Assembly: GCA_945861075.1 (NCBI GenBank)
Contig: CAMATE010000002.1
Coordinates: 1 to 36,072, forward strand
DNA from: Akkermansia muciniphila
GTDB lineage: Bacteria > Verrucomicrobiota > Verrucomicrobiia > Limisphaerales > UBA9464
Length of the DNA: 36,072 nucleotides
Reading direction: 5' to 3'
Positions 17,640 through 25,970 of the stretch are shown piece after piece. Every line of letters starts with the position of its first letter. Positions within the stretch are counted from its first letter, which is position 1. A program made the position numbers and the translations under genes. Below the pieces are notes generated by a model. That model worked only from the letters and a program-made list of their open reading frames with translations. It searched no databases and was not told the origin of the DNA.

Positions 17640-18338
17640 ATGTACTACATCCAAGGCGCCGATCAGAAAGAATACGGACCGATCTCAGCGGACCAACTCC
17701 GGCAGTGGATCACCGAGAACCGGCTCAATCGGTTTTCCCCGGCGCGTGCCGATGGGGAGTCGCTGTGGAAGACTCTGGGTGATTTTCCGGAGTTCGCCGA
17801 CGTATTGGCTGCGCTCCCCGCGTCGATCGCAGCGCCCCCTGCTTCACCCTCATCGGGAAGCTCAGTAGGATCCTCCCAATCCTCGCCCTACGGCAGCGGT
17901 TTCCGCCCATCCACCCCGGGCATCTCCGAGTCGGTCATCGACCAAAAGCTGAAGATTCCGGCGATCGGCATCATCACCACCGGAGCTCTGGCTGGTTTGC
18001 TTTCCCTGGCGGGAGTCATCGCCACGTTGTCAGGTTCCAGCAAGAACACCGAACTCCCGCCCGGACTGCCACCCGAGGCAGCAGGCTTCCTCAAGAGCTA
18101 CCTGGCGATGATGGAGACCTTCAATCTCCCGCTCAACCTGCTGGCGCTGGTCATGTCGGTGCTGACGTTGATGGCAGGCATCCGCATGCTCCAACGTCGT
18201 TCCTATGGTCTGGTGATGACGGGCGTGATCATCGGAATGGTTCCGTGCCTGAGTGCCTGCTGCTGCACCGGTCTGCCCTTCGGCATTTGGGCGCTGGTCG
18301 TCCTCAGCAATGAGGAAGTCCGCAAATCCTTCCACTGA
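17640..18338 (+). CDS. GYF_2 (DUF4339)-domain membrane protein
   Basis: ATG 17640 gives MYYIQGADQKEYGPISADQLRQWITENRLNRFSPARADGESLWKTLGDFPEF, a GYF-like domain. A P/S-rich linker and 3 predicted TM segments follow, ending in CLSACCCTGLPFGIWALVVLSNEEVRKSF. Confidence 0.7.
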   Translation: MYYIQGADQKEYGPISADQLRQWITENRLNRFSPARADGESLWKTLGDFPEFADVLAALPASIAAPPASPSSGSSVGSSQSSPYGSGFRPSTPGISESVIDQKLKIPAIGIITTGALAGLLSLAGVIATLSGSSKNTELPPGLPPEAAGFLKSYLAMMETFNLPLNLLALVMSVLTLMAGIRMLQRRSYGLVMTGVIIGMVPCLSACCCTGLPFGIWALVVLSNEEVRKSFH

Positions 18339-18366
18339 GACCACTCATCGCCAGTCGCCAGGGACC

Positions 18367-18831
18367 ATGAAGGCACCGCCTGTGTTGCCCGGCTCCCCGG
18401 AGCCAGCGCCCTCACCGTCAACGGCCATGGGGGAGCCGACCGCTTTGAAAATGGGGGCGAACCGGTGGAATGTGGCGCTGGTTTCAGCGATCGCCTGCTC
18501 ATCACTCATCGCCTTGGCGCTGCTCTGGCGCTTTGAACCCCAGGGGCAAATCTTCTTTCCGCGCTGCACGTTTCACCAGGTCACCGGACTGCTCTGCCCA
18601 GGATGCGGCGGATTGAGGGCCACTCATGCGCTCCTCCACGGAGACCTCCGCTCGGCGTGGCGACTCAACCCATTGTTCGTGGCTTTGCTGCCGGTGGGCG
18701 CCTACTGTTTCGGCGCTTGGGCCATCCAACGAATGACCGGGCGGCGTCTCCCTCAACCGCTGGAGTTCCGCTACCTGTGGGTGGTCATGCTGGTGTTGAT
18801 CCTGGGTTTCGGCATCGTCCGGAATGGGTGA
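18367..18831 (+). CDS. DUF2752 domain membrane protein
   Basis: FPRCTFHQVTGLLCPGCGGLRATHALLHGDL...NPL is the DUF2752 hallmark (CPxCGxxRA). The start is ambiguous: ATG 18367, or the downstream ATGs giving MGEPTA or MGANRW. Confidence 0.75.
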   Translation: MKAPPVLPGSPEPAPSPSTAMGEPTALKMGANRWNVALVSAIACSSLIALALLWRFEPQGQIFFPRCTFHQVTGLLCPGCGGLRATHALLHGDLRSAWRLNPLFVALLPVGAYCFGAWAIQRMTGRRLPQPLEFRYLWVVMLVLILGFGIVRNG

Positions 18832-18844
18832 CGGATGCCGATAA

Positions 18845-19813
18845 TCAGGCCCGCTGCGTTCCGCGATGGCGTTCGTAGGCGTGAACGATGCGTTGCACCA
18901 GCGGGTGCCGGACCACGTCTTTCTTCTCGAAGCGGATCAGGGACACACCCTCGACCCCTTGTAAGGCCGTCTCCGCTTCCACCAGACCACTGCGCTTGCT
19001 GTTGGGCAGATCGATCTGGGAGGGATCCCCGGTGATGACGGCCTTCGATCCGAAACCCAACCGGGTCAGGAACATGAGCATTTGTTCGGCCGTGGTGTTC
19101 TGGGCTTCGTCCAGCACGATGAACGATTGGTTCAGGGTACGGCCGCGCATGTAGGCCAAGGGGGCGATCTCGATGACCCCACGCTCCATGTTCTTCTGGA
19201 TTTCTTCTGCAGGCATCATGTCCTGAAGGGCGTCGTGCAGCGGACGCAAATACGGATCGAGCTTCTGGTACAAATCGCCCGGCAGGAACCCCAGGGCCTC
19301 GCCCGCTTCGACAGCCGGACGGGTCAGAATGATACGGCCCACGCGGGACTCCTTGAGCGCGTTCACGGCCATGGCCATGGCGAGGTAGGTCTTGCCTGTG
19401 CCGGCCGGACCAATGCCAAAGGTGACATCATGCTCCCGAATCGCTGTGACATAGCGTTGTTGCCCGACGGTCTTGGGCGTGATGGACGCCTTCTTGGTCG
19501 AGGTGCTGATCTTCTGGTGGAACAGCGCCTGAAGGGCGGCGGCTCCATCATGCTTCACCACGTGCAAGGCATGGGTGAAGTCTCGGGCTTTGACTGGCGC
19601 TCCGTCTTTCTGGGCTGCCTCGAGCAACTGGAACAACTTGACCCCACGGGACACGTCTTCGGCTTCCCCTTCCAAACGGATCCACCCATCGCGTGCCGCC
19701 GCCTTGAGTCCCAGTTCTTTTTCAAGAGCGTGCAAGTTGCGTTCATCGCCCCCGAGCAACTGCAGTGCTGCCCGGGCGTTCTCGAAATGGAGAGTCTCAG
19801 TGGTGATGGCCAT
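18845..19813 (-). CDS. phoH: PhoH family ATPase
   Basis: Walker A GPAGTGKTYLAMAMAV, ILTRPAVEAGE.LGFLPGD and VLDEAQN match PhoH. The ATG at 19813 (MAITTETLHF) is preferred over the GTG at 19873. Confidence 0.9.
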   Translation of the reverse strand: MAITTETLHFENARAALQLLGGDERNLHALEKELGLKAAARDGWIRLEGEAEDVSRGVKLFQLLEAAQKDGAPVKARDFTHALHVVKHDGAAALQALFHQKISTSTKKASITPKTVGQQRYVTAIREHDVTFGIGPAGTGKTYLAMAMAVNALKESRVGRIILTRPAVEAGEALGFLPGDLYQKLDPYLRPLHDALQDMMPAEEIQKNMERGVIEIAPLAYMRGRTLNQSFIVLDEAQNTTAEQMLMFLTRLGFGSKAVITGDPSQIDLPNSKRSGLVEAETALQGVEGVSLIRFEKKDVVRHPLVQRIVHAYERHRGTQRA

Positions 19814-19873
19814 GTCTTGTTTCCCCGCGAATATCGGCTCCTTGGGAAGTTTGGTCACGGAAAAGGAAACCAC

Positions 19874-21283
19874 TCACCGCCGTGACGACTCCGCTTCGGC
19901 CAGAGATCGGATGTGGTTCAGCACCCGGGCGTGGATCCGGTGCAAAACGGCGTCGGACCACAGGCGCCAGTAGGACTCGGGCAGCAGCCCATGCTGATAC
20001 CAAGTGGTGCCCACCAACCGGGTGCCGCCGTCGTCGGTCGGCTTGAGTTCAAACTGCCCACGCTTGGAAACCAGAAACCCATCCAGGTGGGGCGGATGGA
20101 TGTGGCGATACGGCGTCCACTCCTCCATCGGAGCCGGATAGGCAGTCACCGAGAAGGCCAGCCTGCGCGGCTCGTCCCAGACTTCGATGGGCTCCACGAA
20201 GGGCCCCGTGGAGAACTCGCAATACCGGATGGCACCCACACCGCGCCCTTCGAGTCGCGCCCGGATCGGATAGGCGATGCCCGTCTGGAACATCCACTCG
20301 GTCGGCGGCGGCAGGTCTGAGAAAGACACCACGTGCCGCCACACCGTCTCCGGCGGTGCGGCGATCGTCACTTCGGTAACCACCGGGCGGATCTCCGGCG
20401 GACTTCGAAAACCCCACTCCGTGGCCACGACCAGCGGCAGGAACAAGATGCCCGCGCTGAAAAGCCGCCCTTCCTGCATGCGACGAACCCAGCGCTGTGA
20501 AACAAGCATTTGAGCCAGCGTGCTGCCGATCACGGCCAAGACCACCGCGATGGGGGAAGCCATCAGGAGGCAGATCAACCCCTCGATGGCTGCCATGATC
20601 AGGATCCCACCCAACAAGGCCAAAGCCGCCAGGGTGGCCAGGATCGATTCCCGGGGCGTCCGGAGTTCATGGTGGTTGTGAACCAGGGTGGTCAGGAAAC
20701 CGATCAGCAGGGGCAGCGCGACGAAAAGCGCCCATCCATAGGCTTCCAAAAATTGGGTGATCAGAAAAATCGACAAGGCACCGAACACGGCCGAAAGGAG
20801 GGCTCCGACGGCGGCCGCTCCCCATCGACCCCGAGGAATCCATCCAAACCACCGGGACGCCTCCCCCGACAAACGGGGTGGGATGGGAGCATTCACCCCT
20901 GCGGCATCGGGCAGAGCAACAAGCAGCAGTGCGAAGAGGAACTTCACCACGGGCACGAAAAACAACAACGCCCAAGCCACGGATCGCCCCATCGCCCGGA
21001 GGCGGCCGGCAGTCAGCGCGAGTCCAGCCCAGACAAACGGCAAGGAAGCCGCCAGCAATGGCCCTGCCCAAGACAAGTCCTCGCGGTTTGGCAGGACTCC
21101 GCCCATCACCACGCCCCAGATGTGCCCATTGAAAGAACGCCCCAAACTCTGGAGCACCCACCGATCCACCCCTTGCTTGAGAACCAAGCACACCAGCAGT
21201 GCCACGAAGAATTCCAAACGGCTGACCGATGCCTGGAAGCGCAGAACGCTCGACACCCATCGGAGGCGGGACCACGGTTTCAT
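19874..21283 (-). CDS. Polytopic membrane protein: DUF805-like N-terminus fused to a C-terminal SRPBCC domain
   Basis: The ATG at 21283 overlaps the upstream stop (ATGA 21280-21283), giving 469 aa. N-terminus: SRLEFFVALL...LALTAGRLRAMGRSVAWALLFFVPVVKFLFALLLVALP (DUF805-like). About 4 more TM segments follow. Then VVTEVTIAAPPETVWRHVVSFSDLPPP...IRYCEFSTGPFVEPIEVWDEPRRLAFSV...GGTRLVGTTWY, a START/polyketide-cyclase-like fold. Confidence 0.7.
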   Translation of the reverse strand: MKPWSRLRWVSSVLRFQASVSRLEFFVALLVCLVLKQGVDRWVLQSLGRSFNGHIWGVVMGGVLPNREDLSWAGPLLAASLPFVWAGLALTAGRLRAMGRSVAWALLFFVPVVKFLFALLLVALPDAAGVNAPIPPRLSGEASRWFGWIPRGRWGAAAVGALLSAVFGALSIFLITQFLEAYGWALFVALPLLIGFLTTLVHNHHELRTPRESILATLAALALLGGILIMAAIEGLICLLMASPIAVVLAVIGSTLAQMLVSQRWVRRMQEGRLFSAGILFLPLVVATEWGFRSPPEIRPVVTEVTIAAPPETVWRHVVSFSDLPPPTEWMFQTGIAYPIRARLEGRGVGAIRYCEFSTGPFVEPIEVWDEPRRLAFSVTAYPAPMEEWTPYRHIHPPHLDGFLVSKRGQFELKPTDDGGTRLVGTTWYQHGLLPESYWRLWSDAVLHRIHARVLNHIRSLAEAESSRR

Positions 21284-21726
21284 GGAGTTTCCAAGAAGGT
21301 GGTGGCGGCCAAGTGACGGCGGCGAGTCAGTTCCAGCGGGGGCAATGAGCAGACGTCTCCCAGGCAATAGCGGTTTCGGGCGACCCACTGGTAGACCCAT
21401 CGGGTCATTGCATGGAGACCTGGGGTCACCATGAGCACGCCCAGGGGCCACAGCCAAGCCACACGCCGGCACATCCAGGCGATGGCGACGGGCCCTCCCA
21501 GGATCCGACCATCCGGAGTGAGGAGCTTCATTTCTCCGGGAAGTTCACCGACCGCCAATCCCAACCGTTCCCGGACCCAAGGAGACTGAAGGGCTGCAAA
21601 CTCGATGTGCCGCGCCTCGAAAACCCGCCTCCAACGGCCAATGGTCGCCCGGCACACGGGGCAACGGTGGTCATAAAAGGCCCACGCGCCCGACGGCATC
21701 GAGACTGGGACGTTTTTTTCGGTCAT
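21280..21726 (-). CDS. DCC1-like thiol-disulfide oxidoreductase (DUF393)
   Basis: WAFYDHRCPVCRATIGRW carries the family's YDxxCxxC motif near the N-terminus. Size (148 aa) and the C-terminal Y.WVARNRY pattern also fit. Confidence 0.8.
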   Translation of the reverse strand: MTEKNVPVSMPSGAWAFYDHRCPVCRATIGRWRRVFEARHIEFAALQSPWVRERLGLAVGELPGEMKLLTPDGRILGGPVAIAWMCRRVAWLWPLGVLMVTPGLHAMTRWVYQWVARNRYCLGDVCSLPPLELTRRRHLAATTFLETP

Positions 21727-21757
21727 GACAGAAATGGTTTGGACGGAATGGACTGGT

Positions 21758-22303
21758 TCATTCGGAGGTTAATCCCAGGAGCTTGCGCGCCTTGTCACCC
21801 ATGCCAAAAAAGCGCTTCAGGACCGACGTGGGCCAACCCCGGAACGTGGCGTACCAACCGGCGGTGGTCGCCAGGAAATTGTGCATCTCGCGCAGGCGAT
21901 CCTCACTGTAGCCGCCGGTAGCCGCATCCTTTTCGGCCTCGGCGATGCATTCCCGCAGAACCGCCATCGTGGGGTCAAACTCACGCCGTTTGCGTTCTTC
22001 CACCACAATCCGGAACATTTCCCAGACATCCTTGAGACTCTCGAAATGGTCGCGCCGATCGCCGGGCAAATGAACCAGCCGGACGATGCCCCATCCTTGG
22101 AGTTCCTTGAGGCTGGTGCTCACGTTGGAGCGGGCCACTTCCAGTACCGCTTGGATTTGCTCGGCATTGAGCGGTTCCGGTGACAAGTAGAGCAGCGCAT
22201 GCACTTGGGCCACCGTGCGATTAATGCCCCATTTGGTGCCCATCTCACCCCAATGAAGAATGAAGCGCCGTTCGGCATTGGAGAGTTGGCTTAGCGACTT
22301 CAT
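21758..22303 (-). CDS. GbsR/MarR-type winged-helix transcriptional regulator
   Basis: FILHWGEMGTKWGINRTVAQVHALLYLSPEPLNAEQIQAVLEVARSNVSTSLKELQGWGIVRLVHLPGDRRDHFE matches the GbsR-family N-terminal wHTH pattern. Confidence 0.8.
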   Translation of the reverse strand: MKSLSQLSNAERRFILHWGEMGTKWGINRTVAQVHALLYLSPEPLNAEQIQAVLEVARSNVSTSLKELQGWGIVRLVHLPGDRRDHFESLKDVWEMFRIVVEERKRREFDPTMAVLRECIAEAEKDAATGGYSEDRLREMHNFLATTAGWYATFRGWPTSVLKRFFGMGDKARKLLGLTSE

Positions 22304-22320
22304 TTCTGTCTCTACAGAAA
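22303..22320. promoter_or_regulatory. Inverted repeat TTTCTGT-ctct-ACAGAAA abutting the regulator start codon (candidate operator or leader hairpin)
   Basis: 7-bp perfect arms read directly. AT-rich in a GC-rich genome. The first T is part of the regulator's ATG. Repeats of this size are expected by chance several times per window, so only the position supports it. Confidence 0.25.
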
Positions 22321-22596
22321 CATCTGACTCAACCTAAGTCAACCCACGCCGCGCACCGGAGAGGCTAAACCCAAAGCCGGTCCCAATCGGAGGAATGTCT
22401 AACTCGATCCGAAATGGCCCTTCGACGGCGTCTGGGCTGAGTGGAAAACCATCGAAGCTCAAGACCACACCCTGTCTTCAACGGATGGCCAACAATGACG
22501 CTGGAAAGCTCGGGGTTCCTTGATTTCTTCATTGCAGCAACGGTGCTCCTGATTGTTCTTTGAGGGACTGCCAATGCGCCGACTCGACTTTACGAC

Positions 22597-23886
22597 GTGA
22601 AACCCACCGACCTGCGGGGCATCCTCCGCTACATTCCGCGCTTCCGGGAAAAGGTCTTCGTCCTGGCCATCGATGGATCCATCGTCACCGACGACAATTT
22701 TCCCAACCTCCTGCTGGATATCGCGGTCCTACGCTCGCTGAACATCCGGATCCTCCTGGTGCATGGAGCGGCCAAGCAAATCGCGGCGATGGCAGTGGAA
22801 CGCGGGGTCAAGGCCTCCAACCTCGACGGCACCGGCATCACGGATGCGGAAACCCTCCAACTCTCCCTCAATGCGGCCAATCGACTGACCCATGAAATCC
22901 TGGAGGGATTGTCGGCCAACGATCTCCGTGCTGTGTCCACCAATGCGGTCATCGCCCACCCGCTGGGCATTGTGGGCGGCGTCGATCATCAGTTCACCGG
23001 CAAGGTGGAACGAATCGATGTCGAGATGCTCCAGAGCCTGCTGACACAAGGCATCGTGCCTGTCATTCCGCCTTTGGGTTTCGACGGTGACGGAAAGACC
23101 TACCGGGTGAATTCCGACACCATCGCCTTCGCCCTAGCCGAGCAACTCAAGGCGACCAAGCTCATTTTCCTCACTACGGTGGACGGGCTCACCCGCGGTG
23201 GACAATTGATCCGGCAGATCATCGTCGGCGAACTCAAGCAAATGCTCAGCCCGACGCCGTCAGACTGGCCCATCAATTTGATTTCCAAGGCCCGCCAGGC
23301 CGTGGCCGCCTGTGAAGCGGGAGTGCCTCGTGTGCACATCATCAACGGCGAGGTGGATGAAGGTCTCTTGGCCGAGGTATTCAGCAATGAGGGCATCGGC
23401 ACGCTGGTGTACGCCAACGAGTACACTCAGATCCGGCGCGCCCTGAAAAAAGACATCCGGGCCCTGCTCAACCTCACCAAGAATTCCGTCGCTTCCGAGG
23501 AATTGGTCAAGCGGTCCCGGACCTCGATTGAAAAACAAGTCAGCGACTACTACTTGTACGAAATCGACCGGAACCCGGTGGCCTGTGTGGCCTTGCACCA
23601 CTATCCGGAGCAGAACAAAGGGGAGCTGGCCTTCCTGTACGTGGCTCCCAGCCATGAAAACATGGGCATCGGCTCCAAGCTCATCCATTTCGTGGAAGCC
23701 AGGGCCCGGGAACAGGGATTGGCCGAACTCATCACCCTCAGCACCCAAGCCTTCACCTATTTCATTTCCAAGGGAGGGTTCATCGAGGGCAGTCCGGACG
23801 ATTTGCCGCCCTCTCGACGGGAGCGCTACGACGCCAGCGGCCGCAAATCCAAGGTGCTCATCAAGCGCCTCCGACCGGCCACATGA
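22597..23886 (+). CDS. argA: Amino-acid N-acetyltransferase (N-acetylglutamate synthase)
   Basis: GTG start. LRYIPRFREKVFVLAIDGSIV...LRSLNIRILLVHGA is an amino-acid-kinase-like domain. The C-terminal GNAT region reads ELAFLYVAPSHENMGIGSKLIHFVEARARE. The architecture and N-terminus parallel E. coli ArgA. Confidence 0.88.
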   Translation: MKPTDLRGILRYIPRFREKVFVLAIDGSIVTDDNFPNLLLDIAVLRSLNIRILLVHGAAKQIAAMAVERGVKASNLDGTGITDAETLQLSLNAANRLTHEILEGLSANDLRAVSTNAVIAHPLGIVGGVDHQFTGKVERIDVEMLQSLLTQGIVPVIPPLGFDGDGKTYRVNSDTIAFALAEQLKATKLIFLTTVDGLTRGGQLIRQIIVGELKQMLSPTPSDWPINLISKARQAVAACEAGVPRVHIINGEVDEGLLAEVFSNEGIGTLVYANEYTQIRRALKKDIRALLNLTKNSVASEELVKRSRTSIEKQVSDYYLYEIDRNPVACVALHHYPEQNKGELAFLYVAPSHENMGIGSKLIHFVEARAREQGLAELITLSTQAFTYFISKGGFIEGSPDDLPPSRRERYDASGRKSKVLIKRLRPAT

Positions 23887-25190
23887 GTGGGCCGAATCGT
23901 TGGCCGGTGATGCTCATCCTCATCACGGCGCTCTGCGGCCTCGGCTGGAATGCGCTCGGAGCCGCCAATCCGGAATCTTATCCGCAACCTGCGTCCAAGA
24001 AGGGGCTTCAGGTGCAAATGGTGGACGACGCGATCGCCTTGGGCATCCGTCATGCCGCGCTCAATTTCAATTGGGCCCAACTGGTGGATCCACGGGGCGA
24101 CACGAACAATCCCGGGCTCACCCGCCAGGGACAGACCTACCGCTTCCAGCGGGGATACGTCGCGGCCATGGACCACCAAATCCGGACCTTGTCCGAACGC
24201 GGTATTGTGGTGTCGCTGATCTTGCTCAATTACGAGAGCGCCGACCCCGACCTGCGCCGCATCCTTCTCCATCCGGGGTACAGCACGAATTGCCCGAACC
24301 ACTTATCGGCCTTCAACACGGTGACGCCCGAGGGACGGGCTTGGTACGAGGCCTCCATCGAGTTTCTGGCCGAACGGTGGAACCGGCCCGACGGCCGTCA
24401 CGGCCGGGTCTGGAACTGGATCGTGGGCAACGAGGTCAATTCGCACTGGTTCTGGTCCAACCTCGGACTCAGCTCCTCCGATGCGTTTGCCATCGACTAT
24501 GAACGCACCGTCCGACTGACCCATCAGGCCGTCCGCAAGCATTCCAAGAACGGGCGTGTGTTCCTCTCCCTCGAACATCATTGGAACATCGCCTACCCCG
24601 GCGGGAAGCAGGGACAGGTCTTCCCAGGGCGGCCGTTCCTCGAAGCGTTCGCCCAAAAGGCCCGTTCGGGCGGCGATTACGACTGGCACCTCGCTTACCA
24701 CCCCTACCCTGAAGACCTCTTCAACCCGCGCTCCTGGCGGGATTCCAGTGCCCAACCCGATTGGAAAACCACCCCTCGGATTACCTTCCGGAACCTGCCG
24801 GCCCTCGGTGCTTTCCTCAGCCAACCCGCGCTGCAGTTTCAGGGACGCAATCGCCGCGTGATCTTGAGTGAGCAAGGCTTCCACACGCCTGACGGCCCGG
24901 ATGGCGAGACCGTGCAAGCGGCGGCCTACTGTTACGCGTGGCATCAAGTTGCCGCCGAGACTGGCATCGACGCCTTCATCCTCCACCGCCACGTGGACCA
25001 CGCCCAAGAAGGCGGACTGCGTCTCGGGCTGTGGACGCATACTCCCGGTTCGGTGGCCACTCCGGAACGCCGCAAGCCGATTTACGAAGTGTTCCGCCGG
25101 GCGGATACCCCAGAGCGCGATGCAGCCTTTGCCTTCGCTCTACCCGTCTTGGGAATTTCCTCCTGGGAAGAACGAGCCCGGGCCCGCTGA
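23883..25190 (+). CDS. Secreted or anchored TIM-barrel glycoside-hydrolase-like protein (DUF5722-like; GH clan-A motifs)
   Basis: The ATG overlaps the argA stop (ATGA 23883-23886). N-terminal anchor WPVMLILITALCGLGW. WNWIVGNEVNSHWFW is an N-E acid/base-type motif. RVILSEQGF, 146 residues later, is a nucleophile-type Glu. The DUF5722 name is from memory and unverified. Confidence 0.6.
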   Translation: MSGPNRWPVMLILITALCGLGWNALGAANPESYPQPASKKGLQVQMVDDAIALGIRHAALNFNWAQLVDPRGDTNNPGLTRQGQTYRFQRGYVAAMDHQIRTLSERGIVVSLILLNYESADPDLRRILLHPGYSTNCPNHLSAFNTVTPEGRAWYEASIEFLAERWNRPDGRHGRVWNWIVGNEVNSHWFWSNLGLSSSDAFAIDYERTVRLTHQAVRKHSKNGRVFLSLEHHWNIAYPGGKQGQVFPGRPFLEAFAQKARSGGDYDWHLAYHPYPEDLFNPRSWRDSSAQPDWKTTPRITFRNLPALGAFLSQPALQFQGRNRRVILSEQGFHTPDGPDGETVQAAAYCYAWHQVAAETGIDAFILHRHVDHAQEGGLRLGLWTHTPGSVATPERRKPIYEVFRRADTPERDAAFAFALPVLGISSWEERARAR

Positions 25191-25970
25191 AGACGTTTCA
25201 GAACGTGCGGCGCGCGACTCCGGCGTCGGAGCAAACGGATCTGCAAACCAAGGCACCTGCTGGCCGGCGGCAAACTCCAAAAACCACGATTCGGGTGCGG
25301 CCACGAAACCGCATTCTGAACCCTTCCACGGAAACCACAGCCGCTCGGCATGGAGGGCGTGGAACGGAACTTGAAGGCGTTGCTGCTGTGACTCCGTGAG
25401 CTGACCCACCACAAAATCGAGGTAAATCCGCTCATCCAACCCGTAGACTTTGTCGCCCACGATCGGGTAGCCGAGGTGCGAGAGGTGGATGCGGATTTGA
25501 TGCTTCCGGCCGGTGTCCAACCAGACCCGAACCCACGAATACACCCCGTCGGGTCGCTCGAAGTGTCTCTCGCAGCGCCAACGAGTCCGGGCGGAAGCCC
25601 CATCGGACCGGACGCAATCCTTGATGGCCACCGCGCTGGAAACATCGCGGCCCAGAGGCGCGTCCAAGGCGCCGTCTCCCAGAGGCATGCGACCGTGGAC
25701 CAGAGCGACGTACTCCTTGGTGACCAACCCCGCCGCCCACAAGGCCCGCAACTCCGCTCCAGCCTCGTCTGTCTTGGTGAAGACCATCACCCCGCCCGTC
25801 TCCCGGTCGAGGCGGTGGATCATGTGGGGCTCGAATCCCAAGTGGATGCGAACCCGACTGACCAGGCTCGAATACTCGTCCCCTTTGGTCGGATGACAGA
25901 CCAAGCCCGCCGGTTTGCGCAAGACCAGGAGGTCTGCGTCCTCGTGCAAGATCTCGAAGAGACTCACCAT
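25140..25970 (-). CDS. RluA family pseudouridine synthase (no S4 domain)
   Basis: ILHEDADLLVLRKPAGLVCHP, the catalytic motif HRLDRETGG, and KHQIRIHLSHLGYPIVGDKVYG. The ATG at 25970 is preferred. The last 51 nt overlap the convergent gene ending at 25190. Confidence 0.88.
   Translation of the reverse strand: MVSLFEILHEDADLLVLRKPAGLVCHPTKGDEYSSLVSRVRIHLGFEPHMIHRLDRETGGVMVFTKTDEAGAELRALWAAGLVTKEYVALVHGRMPLGDGALDAPLGRDVSSAVAIKDCVRSDGASARTRWRCERHFERPDGVYSWVRVWLDTGRKHQIRIHLSHLGYPIVGDKVYGLDERIYLDFVVGQLTESQQQRLQVPFHALHAERLWFPWKGSECGFVAAPESWFLEFAAGQQVPWFADPFAPTPESRAARSETSSAGPGSFFPGGNSQDG

Noticed and set aside
22365-22574. 69-aa minus-strand ORF in the regulator/argA intergenic region
   Set aside because: It is R/S-rich with no motif and would read away from any obvious promoter context. 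Length alone is unconvincing in GC-rich DNA.
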